A stretch of DNA of 64,000 nucleotides, from contig NC_045697.1 in the NCBI RefSeq assembly GCF_009834535.1, forward strand, positions 21,640,001 to 21,704,000. Direction: 5' to 3'. How positions within the stretch are numbered: position 1 is the stretch's first letter; each line of letters begins with the position of its first letter. Source of the DNA: Camelus ferus (taxonomy: Eukaryota). The position numbers and the translations under genes were made by a program. The notes under the pieces are model-generated. The model was given only the letters and a program-made list of their open reading frames with translations. It made no database searches and was not told the origin of the DNA. This document shows, piece after piece, positions 52,060 to 64,000 of this stretch.

Positions 52060-53570
52060 GTAAACTTCCTTCCCTGTGTGCTGTTGTTGCCAGTCATTTT
52101 ACTTCTACATATTGTCATTAAGACCCACAATACAACTGGTCTTTTTTTAATTAAGCAGTCAAGTAAAATTTAAATAAAAATTTCAAATGAGGAAAAAAAT
52201 TAAATAAATCCACATAGATACCAGTTCTAGCGCTCTCCATTCCTTTTTGTAGATCAAAATTTCTATCTGAAATGATTTGCCCTCAGCCTGAAAAATATCT
52301 TTAAACAGTGTTTGCAGTTTAGTATTGAAAAAAAATCTTACTTTGGTAGTATTCTATTTTCCACTAATTTTTGAAGTATATTTTGAGCAGATATAGAATA
52401 CTCATTAACAGTTTTTTCTTCAGCACTTTAAATATGCCATTAGATTGTCTTCTGGAATGCATTTTTTGGAGGCAAGGAATCCACACTGATTTGTTTTTAT
52501 TTCCCTCTATATAATGTGTAATCATTTATTTCCCTCTATATAATGTGTAATGTAACTATGATTCCTTTCATTGCTGTCTTTTTAGTGACTTATTATGTGT
52601 TTTGTGTAGTTTTCATGGAATTTGGGAAAAATTTTGGTCATTATTTCTTCAAAACTTTTTCTCCCTAATTTCTTTGTAATTCTGAAACTCGTATTACTCA
52701 CATACCAAATAACCTGACATTTTCCCATATGTCTCTTAATCTTTATTCGTTTTATTAATCCATTTTTACTCTCACTCTTCCTGAGTTTGCAGTTTCTATT
52801 GCTATCTTCTCAAATTCGCTGAACTTCCTACCAAGTGTCTAATCTTCTCTTCAGCCTAACTAGGTGTTTTTCTATTGCAGGTATTTTATTTTTATTTTCA
52901 TAATATTTATCCAATGACCTAAAAAAAAATCTTTGTAATTGACATTAAAAAAAAACTTATCTGATTATTCTTTTATTTTTCTCAGTTCTAGATCCTTCAA
53001 ATTGATTGATTTTTTTCTTTTGGTGATAGGTCATACCTTTTGCTTGTCATGTTTAATGATATATAATTGAATGCTATACTTCATAAATATTTTACTTCCA
53101 ATGTCTGGATTTTTGTTGAAAGAGTGTTGGGTTTTGTCTTTTTGTTTTTAAACCAAATTTCCTAACAGATTGGATGAATCTTTTAAAATTATGTTTTTGT
53201 GAGTCTAAAGTAGATTTTAATCTAGACACTCGGGATACATAAACCTTTCTCTTAAGCTGTGGCTTAATTGATGTATCTACTGAATGCATGAGGTGAATCC
53301 TTAAGACTTTCCGCTTGTGTAGGTCAGAAATGAAATGTCTCTCGAGCTTGTATCCGCTCTCCAGTAGCCCTTTCCCTGGTAGCTGTCTTTTGCCAAGCTT
53401 TATGGAGTCTTAGCTATACATGCACATCTTTGTATTCATCCAAGACACCAAAGGACACTTACACAGATTTACAAGGTTTTTTCATTGTTTGTTTTTTCTG
53501 ACTAGAGCCCTTATTTCCTGAAACTCTAAATCTTTGATTTATCTTTACATAGCTCAGGAAGGTCATGTTC
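52060..53570 (-). mobile_element. Very old L1M/HAL1-like ORF1/5' region, antisense
   Basis: Motifs such as tttttcttcagcactttaaatatgccattagattgtcttctgg and atttgggaaaaattttggtcattatttcttcaaa. Confidence 0.6.
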
Positions 53571-53579
53571 TTAATTAAA

Positions 53580-54460
53580 TATGCATTAATGGATATATTT
53601 ACTTCTCCAATGAAATTTATTCTTTCCTGTGTGTTCTTGTTACTAAATAGTGTCCTTTCTTTTCAGCTTAAAAGAAGTGTCTTTAACAAAACAGAAACAG
53701 ACTCATAGACATAGTAGAAAACAAACTTAAGGTTACCAGTAGGGGAAGGGGGTGGGAAGGGGTAAATTGGGAGTTCGATATTTGCAGACACTAACTACTA
53801 TATATAAAACAGATAAACAAGTTTCTACCGTATAGCACAGGGAACTAAACTCAGTATCTTGCAGTAACCTATAATGAAAGAGAATATGAAAATGAATAGA
53901 TGTATGCATACTTACTGAAACATCATGCTGTACATCAGAAATTGACACAACACTGTAAACTGACTATGTTTCAATAAATTTTTTTTAAAAGAAGTACCTT
54001 AGTGATGATGAACTTTAGCTTTTGCTTGTCTGGAAAATTATCTTTCTTTTAATTATGAATGGTAACTCTGCAGGCAGAATATTCTTGGTTGGAAGTTGTT
54101 TGTTTGTATGTTTGCTTTTCCAGCACTTTGAATATATTATGCCACTCCTTTCTGGCCCACAAAGCTTGTGCTAAAAAATCTGCTGGGTCGTATAGGGGTT
54201 CCCTTCTATGTAGCAAGTTGTTTTTCTCTTGCTGCTTCTAATGTTATCTGCTTGTCTTTAACTTTTGCTATTTTAATCATAATATATCTTGGTGTGAACG
54301 TCTTTGAGCTCTTTTTTTTTTTTTTTAATTCTTTGAGCTTCCCAGGTCTAGAAGTTTCTTTCTTTCTCCAAGTTAGGGAGTTTTTCGGTCATTTTTTTCA
54401 CATACAATTTCTGCCCCTTAGTCTCTTTCTTCTACTTTTGGGAGTCCTGTTATTCTGTAC
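53580..54460 (-). mobile_element. Old L1M ORF1-region fragment, antisense, interrupted by a young L1
   Basis: gatgaactttagcttttgcttgtctggaaaatt...gcactttgaatatattatgccactcctttctggcc. Confidence 0.7.
53686..53986 (+). mobile_element. Young camelid L1 3' end nested in an older L1
   Basis: acagaaacagactcatagacatag...ggttaccagtaggggaagggggtgggaag...gtaaactgactatgtttcaataaa, with taaaagaagt on both flanks. Confidence 0.88.
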
Positions 54461-54964
54461 CATTTAAGTGATGCTTAGCTTCCTAGAAAGATGTCAATGA
54501 TTGTGATGAAAATATTTTGAAGGACATACATCCAAAACTAATGCAAAATTTAAAGTTTTGAGAATGTGGTAAAAATTAGGTGATGTGTGTTTGCCATTTT
54601 TGAAATATATGCTAAAGTGAAGGTTGTCGTTCAATTTCATTTTTGACATTTTACACACAATAATACAGACTCAGAACATCCAACCTGTATTTTTTTAACC
54701 TCCTGTTCATAATGTGAAGAAATTTGACATTATAAATCAAAATTAGTATTCTCTCTTCCATTTGTTTCCAGAAAAGCGTTTAGCTAAAAACATAGAATAT
54801 TTTCCTTTTCACTTACCAAGTAAAAATAAATAGTTTCACTTATTATTCTTAAAAGGAAGAATATTACCAGTTTAACTTTGCCTAACCTAGCCTAATATTC
54901 AAGACTGTCCCAGATATATCATTTAACAAGCCCATGTTTTACTTGTATGTATTTTTATTTATTT

Positions 54965-55150
54965 AACAAACACATACTACATACGCCAACTAATGACATA
55001 GACACTATTATTTTCCACAATTTCAATGTGAGGAAACTAAGGCATGAAAAGTGACATGCTTGCCCAAGGTCACACAGGTAGTAGTTGGTAGAGTTAGCAA
55101 CTGCATCCCAGCAATCTGGCTGTAAATTAAATCCCCTCAACTATTATACC
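54965..55150 (-). mobile_element. MIR SINE
   Basis: atgtgaggaaactaaggcatgaaaagtgacatgcttgcccaaggtcacacaggtagtag. Confidence 0.75.
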
Positions 55151-57964
55151 ACACAGGTATGAACTGTCAATCAACCTCTCAAAGCAATCTTTGGTTACAC
55201 AGGCACACTCTATGTTTGCATATGGAAGAGAAAAATGAGTAAAAAAACTGGATGAGCAATGTTCTCAAAACTTTTTCTAGATTAGATGTGTGTGTGTATG
55301 TTGACCATTCAAGGACACTTTCACAGACATACTGTGGTGTGCTTCAAAAGATGTAAGTTCAGACTTCCATTTATTTCTTAAAAAATGTATTGAATTCTAT
55401 CTCTAAAGATATATTCTCTTCCAACATTTTTTCTTTTCTTCTCTGAGGACTACAAATATTTGTACCTGTTATTCACTTTGTCTATTTTCTCTATATATAG
55501 ATGTTTATTTTACATATTTCCTTTTACTCTCTAGACCTCATTTGCATATTTATTGTTTTGGGGCAAGGTTAGGCTTTTAAAATGAGTTTTAATATTTATT
55601 TGCCCTACCGGCTATCATATATCTTATTTATTAACAACAAAGTAAAGTATTTGGTGAATTTAAATCTCACAAGTCTCATTTCTGGGCAATTAAAATTTAA
55701 TAAAACAAATATTGAAGTACATTTCAACTTGGTCAAAGACGATTTTAAAACTTTATTTATATTTTGGAAAGTCAATGCATGCTGTTCTATGTAATAGTGT
55801 TTATAAATTTGGATTCTCTTTTTATATGATTAATAATCATTCAATCTTTTTCTTATACAGAGTTAAACTGGAGGGACTATTTGAGAAGTAGTATTCAAGA
55901 TAATTTTATTTTATCAATTTTATGAAATATTTACAATTATAAATACTAGGTCTTTTCTGAATTTATAATACTCAAAGCTTTTATTTTATTTTTATTCAAA
56001 ATTAATTACTATATTTACTTATTCAAAATCAATATTCTCTAATTTCCACCTTGTTTTTCATATCTACTTCATATATATATATATATATATTAGCCTTTCC
56101 TCATTAATCTGTCACTTTAAATTTATAGACATTTACGTTGCCTATTACTTCACCCAATTTGTCATCAACCTTCTGTCATCTCTGATGGATATGAGTGTTT
56201 TATTTAAAGTGGTGAATTTTAAAGAAAAAGACTAAGTGGTGCAAAAATGAGTTTAAGGTTCTGCCATAAAATTTTGTTGACGTTTTTCCCCTTGTTATTT
56301 TGTAGTTGTGTAGTTTTTTTTGCTAACCTAACATGCAATATAAGTCTCAACTTCTGTTTCAATTTAACATTCAGGATCACTGATATTCTTTCAAATACTC
56401 ATACTGATAATGTTGGAATTTCAAAAATATTTTTTACATGTTAGCAATATATCTTATATAAAATGGTAACAATTAAGCATACATTATGTGCATAGGGTTT
56501 AAACTTTGCATATGCAGAGCTTACAAGTGAAAAATTAATGTCATGTATGGAAGTAAGTAGCAGAACTAATAAGTTTCATCAGAAATATTAAAAAAAGAAT
56601 CTCAGATTAGAAGTCTCCATGACCTTTAGTCAAAACACCCTACTAATTTAGGCCTCTGCTTGAATACTACTTTTGCTGAGAAGCTGATTGCCTCTTTACC
56701 AACTTTTCCTTGACCAGCTTTCAAGAAAATGGTCATGGAGCAATACTGTCAAAATGGCAATGAACAGGATTCAGAACTACAAAGACTATCAAGAACCAAA
56801 GCTTGGAAAGCCGACTTTTATCTCTGGATCAATTGTTCATTAGCAAGTGTGTCAGAAAACATCCCTCCACCCGATAAAGCCCTTCAGTGAAATTGTCTGC
56901 CAGGAAATTCTCACTGTGTTTTTATTGTAGCCATCCATTCTTATCACCCTTGGTTTATTTCTCTTGAAACAATGATTTAAAACTCATGTAGCAGTGTCTT
57001 CAATTGAAAATGTCTTCATTCCCCTTGGGACCAAAAATAGGACCTCAGACCATGTCAGGCTAAATTATGTCCTCACACTATTAAACATCCCAGAACGACC
57101 ATTGTGAAACATAATTTGACTTGATTAAGCATAAATATCAAAGTTGTGCACAGATACCAACTCTTACAGGGAAAGCCTTATTTACAATTTTTTCTAACCA
57201 ATCATCAAGCAGCAGAATCTCACAAAAACCTTCAGTATACAATCCCTTTTATTATCAAATTCTCCAGATTAATCTAACAAAATTACTTTTCCCATTGCCC
57301 TATCTTACCTTTATTCAATTGTTGTCTTGAACTGTTTATGACAAAAGCTGAAGGTATCTGACCTCTTATTTTAATCATTTTATTTTTTTAACTAATTTTA
57401 TTTTCAAATTCCACAGAAACACAAAGACCATAAGGAAGTATCAAGAACAAAAAAGTTCACTAGCAAATTGCAGAATCAATAGTTCAAGAAGTTACTATTT
57501 TTTTTATTTTCTCATAATGTAGTCATTGCATATGTAAATTGTCTGCAGATGTGCTCCTCTCTAAAAAATGGTAATGCTAAAATTTTTAAATATGTGTTTT
57601 GGATGGAATTACGATCTTGAAAGGTCCTTTGTGAATATCAAGTGTCTAGCTTGCTGAATGTAAATCCATAGGAGTAGTTTTTGAGGATTACTGTGAAACA
57701 CACAAACTGAAAATGAGGTTTACATTTATTTATTTTACATTACTTAAAAAAAAAAGTTTGGCAAGTGAGTATGTTAAAAGGATGTGTTGTGGGTCTGGTG
57801 AGAAGAGAGAAGAAAGGTCAGAACCAGATGGATTCAGTTACAGGGAGCAAGTAACACATCTTTAGTTGTCATACGGTAATTCAACTTTTTTACTACTATA
57901 GGCAAGAGAGGATAACCTGGATATTTTCTCACTTTATTTTACCAGTCTAAATTACTACACTGTG

Positions 57965-58145
57965 ACAGGTCTTAAACTAGTCAGGTACCTGTGCAGGAAT
58001 TGATCATGCGGCCCCTACTCCTTGTGTGCACAGCCTCCTCCCCACAATAAAAGACCCTTGGTGCTCACCCAGGCACCTCTCGCCTATGTGGCCTATAGCA
58101 GTGTACCTATTAAACTTTCCTAAACTCTTAAAAAATAAATATAAA
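57965..58145 (+). mobile_element. Short polyadenylated retroposed insertion of LTR-like sequence
   Basis: 17-bp TSD with 2 mismatches (57948-57964, 58146-58162); ATTAAA at 58109-58114, 15 nt before an A-rich tail. Confidence 0.7.
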
Positions 58146-58942
58146 TAAATGACCACACTGTGTTACTTACTCAGTCACAGTGCTTGTGACAGCAACAAGG
58201 CTCTACCACTTACTTTTGAATAGAACACTTTGTAATCCAGAACTGTTAGCAAAAGGGCACAGTATCAGACCAAAGCTTCATTTTAAATCAGCTCCTTTTG
58301 TAATGTTTCTACAGTTAATTATCATCTAAAGAAATCTGGACAAAGAAATCCATATTTCCAACATGGCTAAATCTTAATCATTGGCTAAAAGCCGTATTAT
58401 TAATAGATATATTTGACAGAGGAAAACAGTAGCTGAAGAAAACAATAAAAATTATTGTTGGTAAAATGAATCCAAATAAATATTTGATTCAGAATATTAT
58501 CAGTAATTCAATAGGAAATGTTTGATTTATATCAGTAGTTACAAAAGGTGAACTGCATCTAAGATTCTTCTAAACAGACCAACAATTATTTTCAGTTAGG
58601 TTATGGTTACATGAGAGGCCGTAATAATAAAAATAAAAATATGAGATTTCCACTTATTTTTATCTGAGCTGTTAAAATGCTCTATTATTTAAATTCAAAT
58701 CAAAATTTTACAATTGGGTGAATATTTTATTTGAAAGATTGTGATAGTAAAAATAATCAGACAGTTTTGTGGAGGTTTAAATATTAGAATTGCAGCTTAT
58801 ACCGCAAAATCTATCCAATACATTCTTGTATCATAGTAGATCATGCATTCAATGAGTTTTATTTCAGAATTAAAGTATTTTAACTTAAAATGAAGTATCC
58901 ATAATTATTTGTATCTTTATTCACAAATATCCCACATAAATT

Positions 58943-59314
58943 TCTTATAAACTGACTTGTGTCCCCTCCAAATTTATATATTGAAGCCCTAACTTCCAAT
59001 GTGGCTGTATATGGAGACAGTGTCTACAGAAAGGTAATTAAGGTTAGAAGAGGTCATAAGAGTGGATCCTTAATCCAATATGATTGGTGTCCTTCTAAGA
59101 AGATAAGAAGAGGAAGAAACACCAGGAATGTGTGACAGAGGAAAGACTAATTGAGGACATAATGAGAAGGTGGTCATCTCTATGTCATGGAGGGAGCCCT
59201 CCTCACACCTTTATCTTGGACGTTCAGCCCCAGAACTGGGAGAAAATAAATTTCCATCATTTAGGCCACTCAGTTCATAGTATTTTTTCACAGCAATGCT
59301 AGAAAACAAATACA
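58943..59314 (+). mobile_element. MLT1B MaLR solo LTR
   Basis: actgacttgtgtcccctccaaatttatatattgaagccctaac...ccttaatccaatatgattggtgtcctt...cagaactgggagaaaataaattt. Confidence 0.85.
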
Positions 59315-59799
59315 AAATTCTAAAGACAAGTTTTGTAACTTTGCTAAATAAGTTTTGGGACAAGGCAAACAATACATATAGAAATCTGTAATTTCGTACT
59401 TTCGCCTAAAAGTTCAAAACATGTATTTACCTGAAACCTTAATTGGATTAAGTTTAATTTAAAATAAATGGCTGAGATGGGGAAGCCAGATGTTTTAATT
59501 CATTCTTCAAAAATGCAGCAGGCTGAGGTATGGGAAATACTGGACAATAACAGAGTTCTATGCGTATTATCAGGGTTGGAAAGTAGAATGCAGGAAAACT
59601 TAAAATCACGTGTATGTAGTTCTGAGAGATATCCGTTCCTGTTAGGACAGTGACTGGTCTGAATATAAGGAGGAGAACTGGTCTGGGAAAACATAAGCAT
59701 CTAAGCAGGATATCAGTAATTTAGACAAACTAATCAGAAACAGACCTCAGGGCCAAGCAGCACAGGAGGCTTTGCAGTAAGCTGGGTTGGGCAAGGTTG

Positions 59800-60310
59800 A
59801 ACAGCAGGATCCACCCCTACTATGTTGGGGTGCTTTTCTGCACTGCAAGAGCAGAATGCTGAATACTTTTCCAACATTTCCATGCTCCTACTGGGTGTAA
59901 ATTAGGTCCTATCGGTTAGATGTACTTATATAAGTCTTTTTAAGGGGATGATTGAAAGGAGGCCATCTTTCTGCTGATGTTTGCTGGTTTGCTGGTATTG
60001 TAATCAAGTTGTGAGGTTGTGATTTTGTTCTGTGGCTTTGTTCTTAGAATCCATTCAACAGCTTCATTGGCATTTAAGTAGAGTTCTGGGGTGGCAGCTC
60101 CTTCCTGATTCATCAAGACAGTATGTCAGACTCAGTGGTTCAGTGGTGGCCTCCTAATTTTTCACTTTTCTGATTGTGTCAGAGGTCAACCCTTGGTTGA
60201 TCAATTTGGTATGTAACGGTCTACAATATAGCTCAGAGCCTACTCTTACAATATTTCTCTGGATTAAATCCCATTCTCGTCCTAATATTTAGTGCATTCT
60301 GAGTGTTAGA
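59800..60310 (+). mobile_element. LTR33-like ERVL LTR
   Basis: ctgggtgtaaattaggtcctatcggttagatgtactta...ggaggccatctttctgctg...gtggcagctccttcctgatt...ggattaaatcccattct. Confidence 0.5.
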
Positions 60311-61054
60311 GAAACCAAGAATAAATCATCAATTTTCTGTACTGAATTAATTTTATTGTTGTTTGAAAGTAGTATGCTATCCAAACTCTAAATCTGATTT
60401 AATAGAAAATGTATACAATTGTAGCCCATAGATATCTCCAAATGTACATATGAGTAGGTCAACATAACTATCCCTCAAACATGAAAATGCCTCTAAGTTC
60501 ACACTTTAGGTTTCTTTTTTCCTTAATCTACAGATACTTTCTTACTTTTACTCCACCCTCTCAATGTCATATACATTTATTGAACTATCATGATTAATAA
60601 TCTAGTAGAAAAAAAAACCTATTTTGTCAACAAAGGAATATCATTGATTTCATTACCAATGAGCCAAAAATTGAGTCAGCACATAACCACAAATGTACAT
60701 ACACAGAAGGTATTAAATCTTATTTTCTCACACCTAGTAACAATAGGAAAAGTTTATGAAAGAAAAGTTATACTATTCTTTGAGACTTTTATTCAATTTG
60801 ATTACCTCCCTTCTTTCCTCAGAGCCTAAAACTACATTGAGCTACAAACCCTTGGCCTAAGAATATTTACCTGAGCTATATCTTAAGAAATCTTTTAAAC
60901 AACATTTCTTAAAATTATTTTATTTAATGGGAAGGGAACTGACAGGGAGGGAGGAAAAACTTGAGTTCTCATGGCTGTAGCATTAACTAGTGAAGAGCAT
61001 TTCATTAGATCCCTCTGGGACTTAGGTTACAACCCAATTAAAAATCAGAGGTGA

Positions 61055-61380
61055 ATGATACAAATTCTATTTACATACCAAAAACAGACTCACGGACACA
61101 GAAAACAAACGATGGTTACCAAAGGGGAAAGGGTGGAGAGGGATAAATTAGGGGTTGGGGACTAACAGACACATGTTACTATATACAAAACAGATAAACA
61201 ACAAGGACCTACTGTATAGCACAGGGGACTATATTCAATGTCTTGTAATAACATATAATGGAAAGGAATCTGAAAAGAAAAAAAAAATATATATGTATGT
61301 ATCTGTATAACTGAATCACTTTGCTATACACCTGAAACTAACATCATAAATCAACTACACTTCAATAAAAATTTTTTTTT
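61055..61380 (+). mobile_element. Cetartiodactyl L1 3' end
   Basis: acagactcacggacacagaaaacaaacgatggttaccaaagggga...aaggacctactgtatagcacaggg. 13-bp TSD with 1 mismatch (61042-61054, 61381-61393). Confidence 0.9.
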
Positions 61381-62279
61381 AAATCAGGGGTGACCTAAAT
61401 AATCCCTACAACTTCCTCTAGGTCTAAGATACGAGGTTTCCCTTCTGGCTATACTATTCCATGAAGAAGTATTTAAACAGTGTTTAAAATGGACTATTAA
61501 ATTACAGAAGGAAAAATGCTAAATTAGAACCTATTAATTAAATACACAGAGAAGATATAAGGTATTTCCCAAAGGAGAATCCATAATTTAATGCATATAT
61601 TTAATTAACATAATATCACAAACCATCAATAAATATTATGAAAGGTACGTGTCTCTCCAGCATGCCTACTACCCTCACATATGTCTTGCTACAGTCCCCT
61701 GGGAGAAATGCTAGCACATATTGTCCTAAATCTTAAAAATATACTTATCTAGAAGGTTATCTAGATAAAAATATACTTATCTAGAAGTGAAAATATCTGG
61801 AAGTTATAATTTTCAAAGTGATTTTTGGAGAAGCACAAGAATGAAGAAATTTTGCCTGTTCAAAGATATGATCTTTGTGATAGCAAATTATCCCTAGGAT
61901 ATTTACTTTTATTAAAACCTGTGGCTTCACTTTCTTAATATCTGGAGGGGTAAGACTGTTAGATGGTAGGAGAAGACAGCAATGGCAAGAATATCTTAGA
62001 ATTTATCATCGTTTTATCTAAAAGGCCTTTATTTTCCTTGAATTTATTGCACAAAGACTATCTACATAGTATGGTACTTTTGAATACTAGAGAGCTGAAA
62101 GACAGAGTTTCCAAGCCAAGAAGGTTTTTAAATACAAGGAGCGTAGAGGTATTGGATAGCCTTGTTAGTATTTGCCTTGTGTAGAGATAAATCACACACA
62201 CACACTCAGCAGCACAGAGGAAAGCACACTGGCTTTGGGTCTAACAGAGCCCCTCATCACATTTCAACCTTTTTTACTG

Positions 62280-62440
62280 CATTTGACCCCACAACAAATC
62301 ATGTGTGGTATAAAGGTAGGATGTCTTCCTCACATGGGATAAGGAAACTCACACACAGAATAAATAAGTGACTTGCCAATGATTACATAAGTAATAAATA
62401 TCAGAGCTAGGACTAGTACCCAGATGTTCTTACTCTTAAT
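62280..62440 (-). mobile_element. MIR SINE
   Basis: ataaggaaactcacacacagaataaataagtgacttgccaatgattacataagtaataaatatcagagctaggactagtacccag. Confidence 0.7.
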
Positions 62441-62479
62441 TCATCGCTTCTATTTCTATTACACAATATTAAATCTTAC

Positions 62480-63025
62480 ATATTTCAGTTGCAAATGACC
62501 AAAGTGTCAACTGTAACAAAAATAAGCCCCATGCCCCAAATGAAGGTAAATGGAAGATTTACTGGTTTTACACCACCAGGAGGTCCAGAGGTAGAGAGAG
62601 GTGACTTCAGGTATTGCTGGGTCCAGAAATTCAAAACAATAATCTGCTTGGGTATACAACCTCTCTCTGACTCACTCCCTCTCTCATCATATTTACTGGC
62701 TCTTCCTTCTTTCTTTCTTCCTCTGATTCTGTCCCTATATTGGCCTCATTCTTTTTTACTTCAGATAAGGTCTCTTTATCTTCCTACAATGATAATAATT
62801 TCAAAGTAATATTTTATTCTTTCCAGGACTGTGATTCTCCTCCATTTCTTCCTCTTTCTCCTTCTTCTTTGTCACTGTTTGATTCCTGACTTGGATCACA
62901 GATCAATCTGCAGACTCATCATTGCTTACAGGGCTCTGAGACATTTTTATTTCCCAGACCTGAGTCATATTTAATCTCCCAGCTGAAGATAATTTGACCA
63001 GCAGTCTTTTGGAAATCACATGAGG
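62480..63025 (-). mobile_element. Old MLT1J/K-like MaLR LTR
   Basis: tttcagttgcaaatgacc...ggaagatttactgg...gacttcaggtattgctgggtccagaaattcaaa. Confidence 0.45.
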
Positions 63026-63029
63026 AGGT

Positions 63030-63290
63030 TAGGTGACTCTGTCCAGTCTGAGGCTGTCTAAGGTCTTGGTCTCTCTTCAGCAAGGATCCTGTTAGGTCAG
63101 TTTAGCAAGAGCTCTCTACCCTTGATGCCTCCTCTTAGAAGTTTTCCATCATCTGACCCCTTCACTCTGCTCTTTGGCTATAAATCACCACTTGTCTTTG
63201 CCGTATTTGGAATTGAGCCTGATCTCTCTCCCTTATTGCAACAGTCTAAATTAATGAAGTCTAAATTTACCATTTTGGCAAGTGTAACAC
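63030..63290 (+). mobile_element. MER31-like ERV1 LTR fragment
   Basis: cctgttaggtcagtttagcaagag...ctgctctttggctataaatcaccacttgtctttgccgtatttggaattgagcc. Confidence 0.75.
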
Positions 63291-63489
63291 ACAGTCATAT
63301 AGAAACAATCATATATAAAACAAAATCCTAACTGCAACACTAAAGAATCATCTTGTTTTCATTCACTAATTTAAAACATCTGAATCTCTTCCACCATTCA
63401 TTCCAGTCGCTCACTTACACTCGAGTTACTGCAAGCTGCTTAAGACAACACCATGTGTCCTGTTTTTTGCAGTACCCAGAAAGGCAGTG

Positions 63490-64000
63490 CAGGGGATTTA
63501 ACAACACAAACACACTGGACAAACAATCATATGTAAAACCAAGTCTCTGCCCTTGAGGAGCTTACACTGTTACAAAGGAGACTGGAAATAAATAACCGTA
63601 CAGGTACTATACTGTCAAGCGGAAATGGACGCTATAATCAAAATAAAGCATGCTGGAGGGAGAGCGTTGGGAGTGTGAGTGTAGCTCGGAAACATGGGGG
63701 AGAGCCTTCTGAAAAGCTGACATATAAGCAGAAACTTGTCTGAAATGAGAAGAGCAAAAATTGTAAATATTTCAGGAAAGACAGTCCAAGGCTTAGCATC
63801 AAAATTGGTAAGGCCTTGAGGTGGGTGAGTACCACAGAAGTTCAAAGGGTAGCAAGAAGATCAGTGTGGCTGCAGTGGAGTGAGCAAAGAAGTCAAGAGG
63901 AGAAGATGAAAAACAGAAATGTAGACAGAAGCAGATGACACAAGGTATTTTCAGTTAAAGGAAGGACTTTGAACATAGTGCATGTGCTTTGTGAAACCAT
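63490..64000 (-). mobile_element. L2 LINE fragment, antisense
   Basis: gtctctgcccttgaggagcttacact...gcaagaagatcagtgtggctgcagtggagtgagcaaag. Confidence 0.7.

Overview
AT-rich, CpG-poor mammalian genomic DNA with no recognisable protein-coding gene, RNA gene or CpG island, so it is intergenic or part of a large intron. The repeats point to a camelid (alpaca/camel lineage): two Vic-1-type tRNA-derived SINEs, many cetartiodactyl-type L1 3' ends, and no Alu, Bov-tA/BovB, PRE-1 or Can-SINE seen. The window is a mosaic of fossil transposons: L1, L2, MIR, MaLR/ERVL/ERV1/ERVK solo LTRs, Tigger1, Tigger2a, a MER82-like element, MER3 and MER5A1. The only ORFs I recognise are frameshifted Tigger transposase remnants; the rest of the ORF track looks like chance. 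Notable items are an intact ERVK-like solo LTR with a 6-bp TSD, an apparent L1-mobilised retrocopy of an LTR-like polyadenylated transcript, a short interstitial telomeric repeat, an exact IgH-promoter-type heptamer-octamer site with no V gene, several repeat-poor motif-dense candidate enhancers, and one candidate minus-strand exon. I found no convincing novel biological system. Family names are from remembered consensus sequences, not database searches, and many boundaries are approximate.
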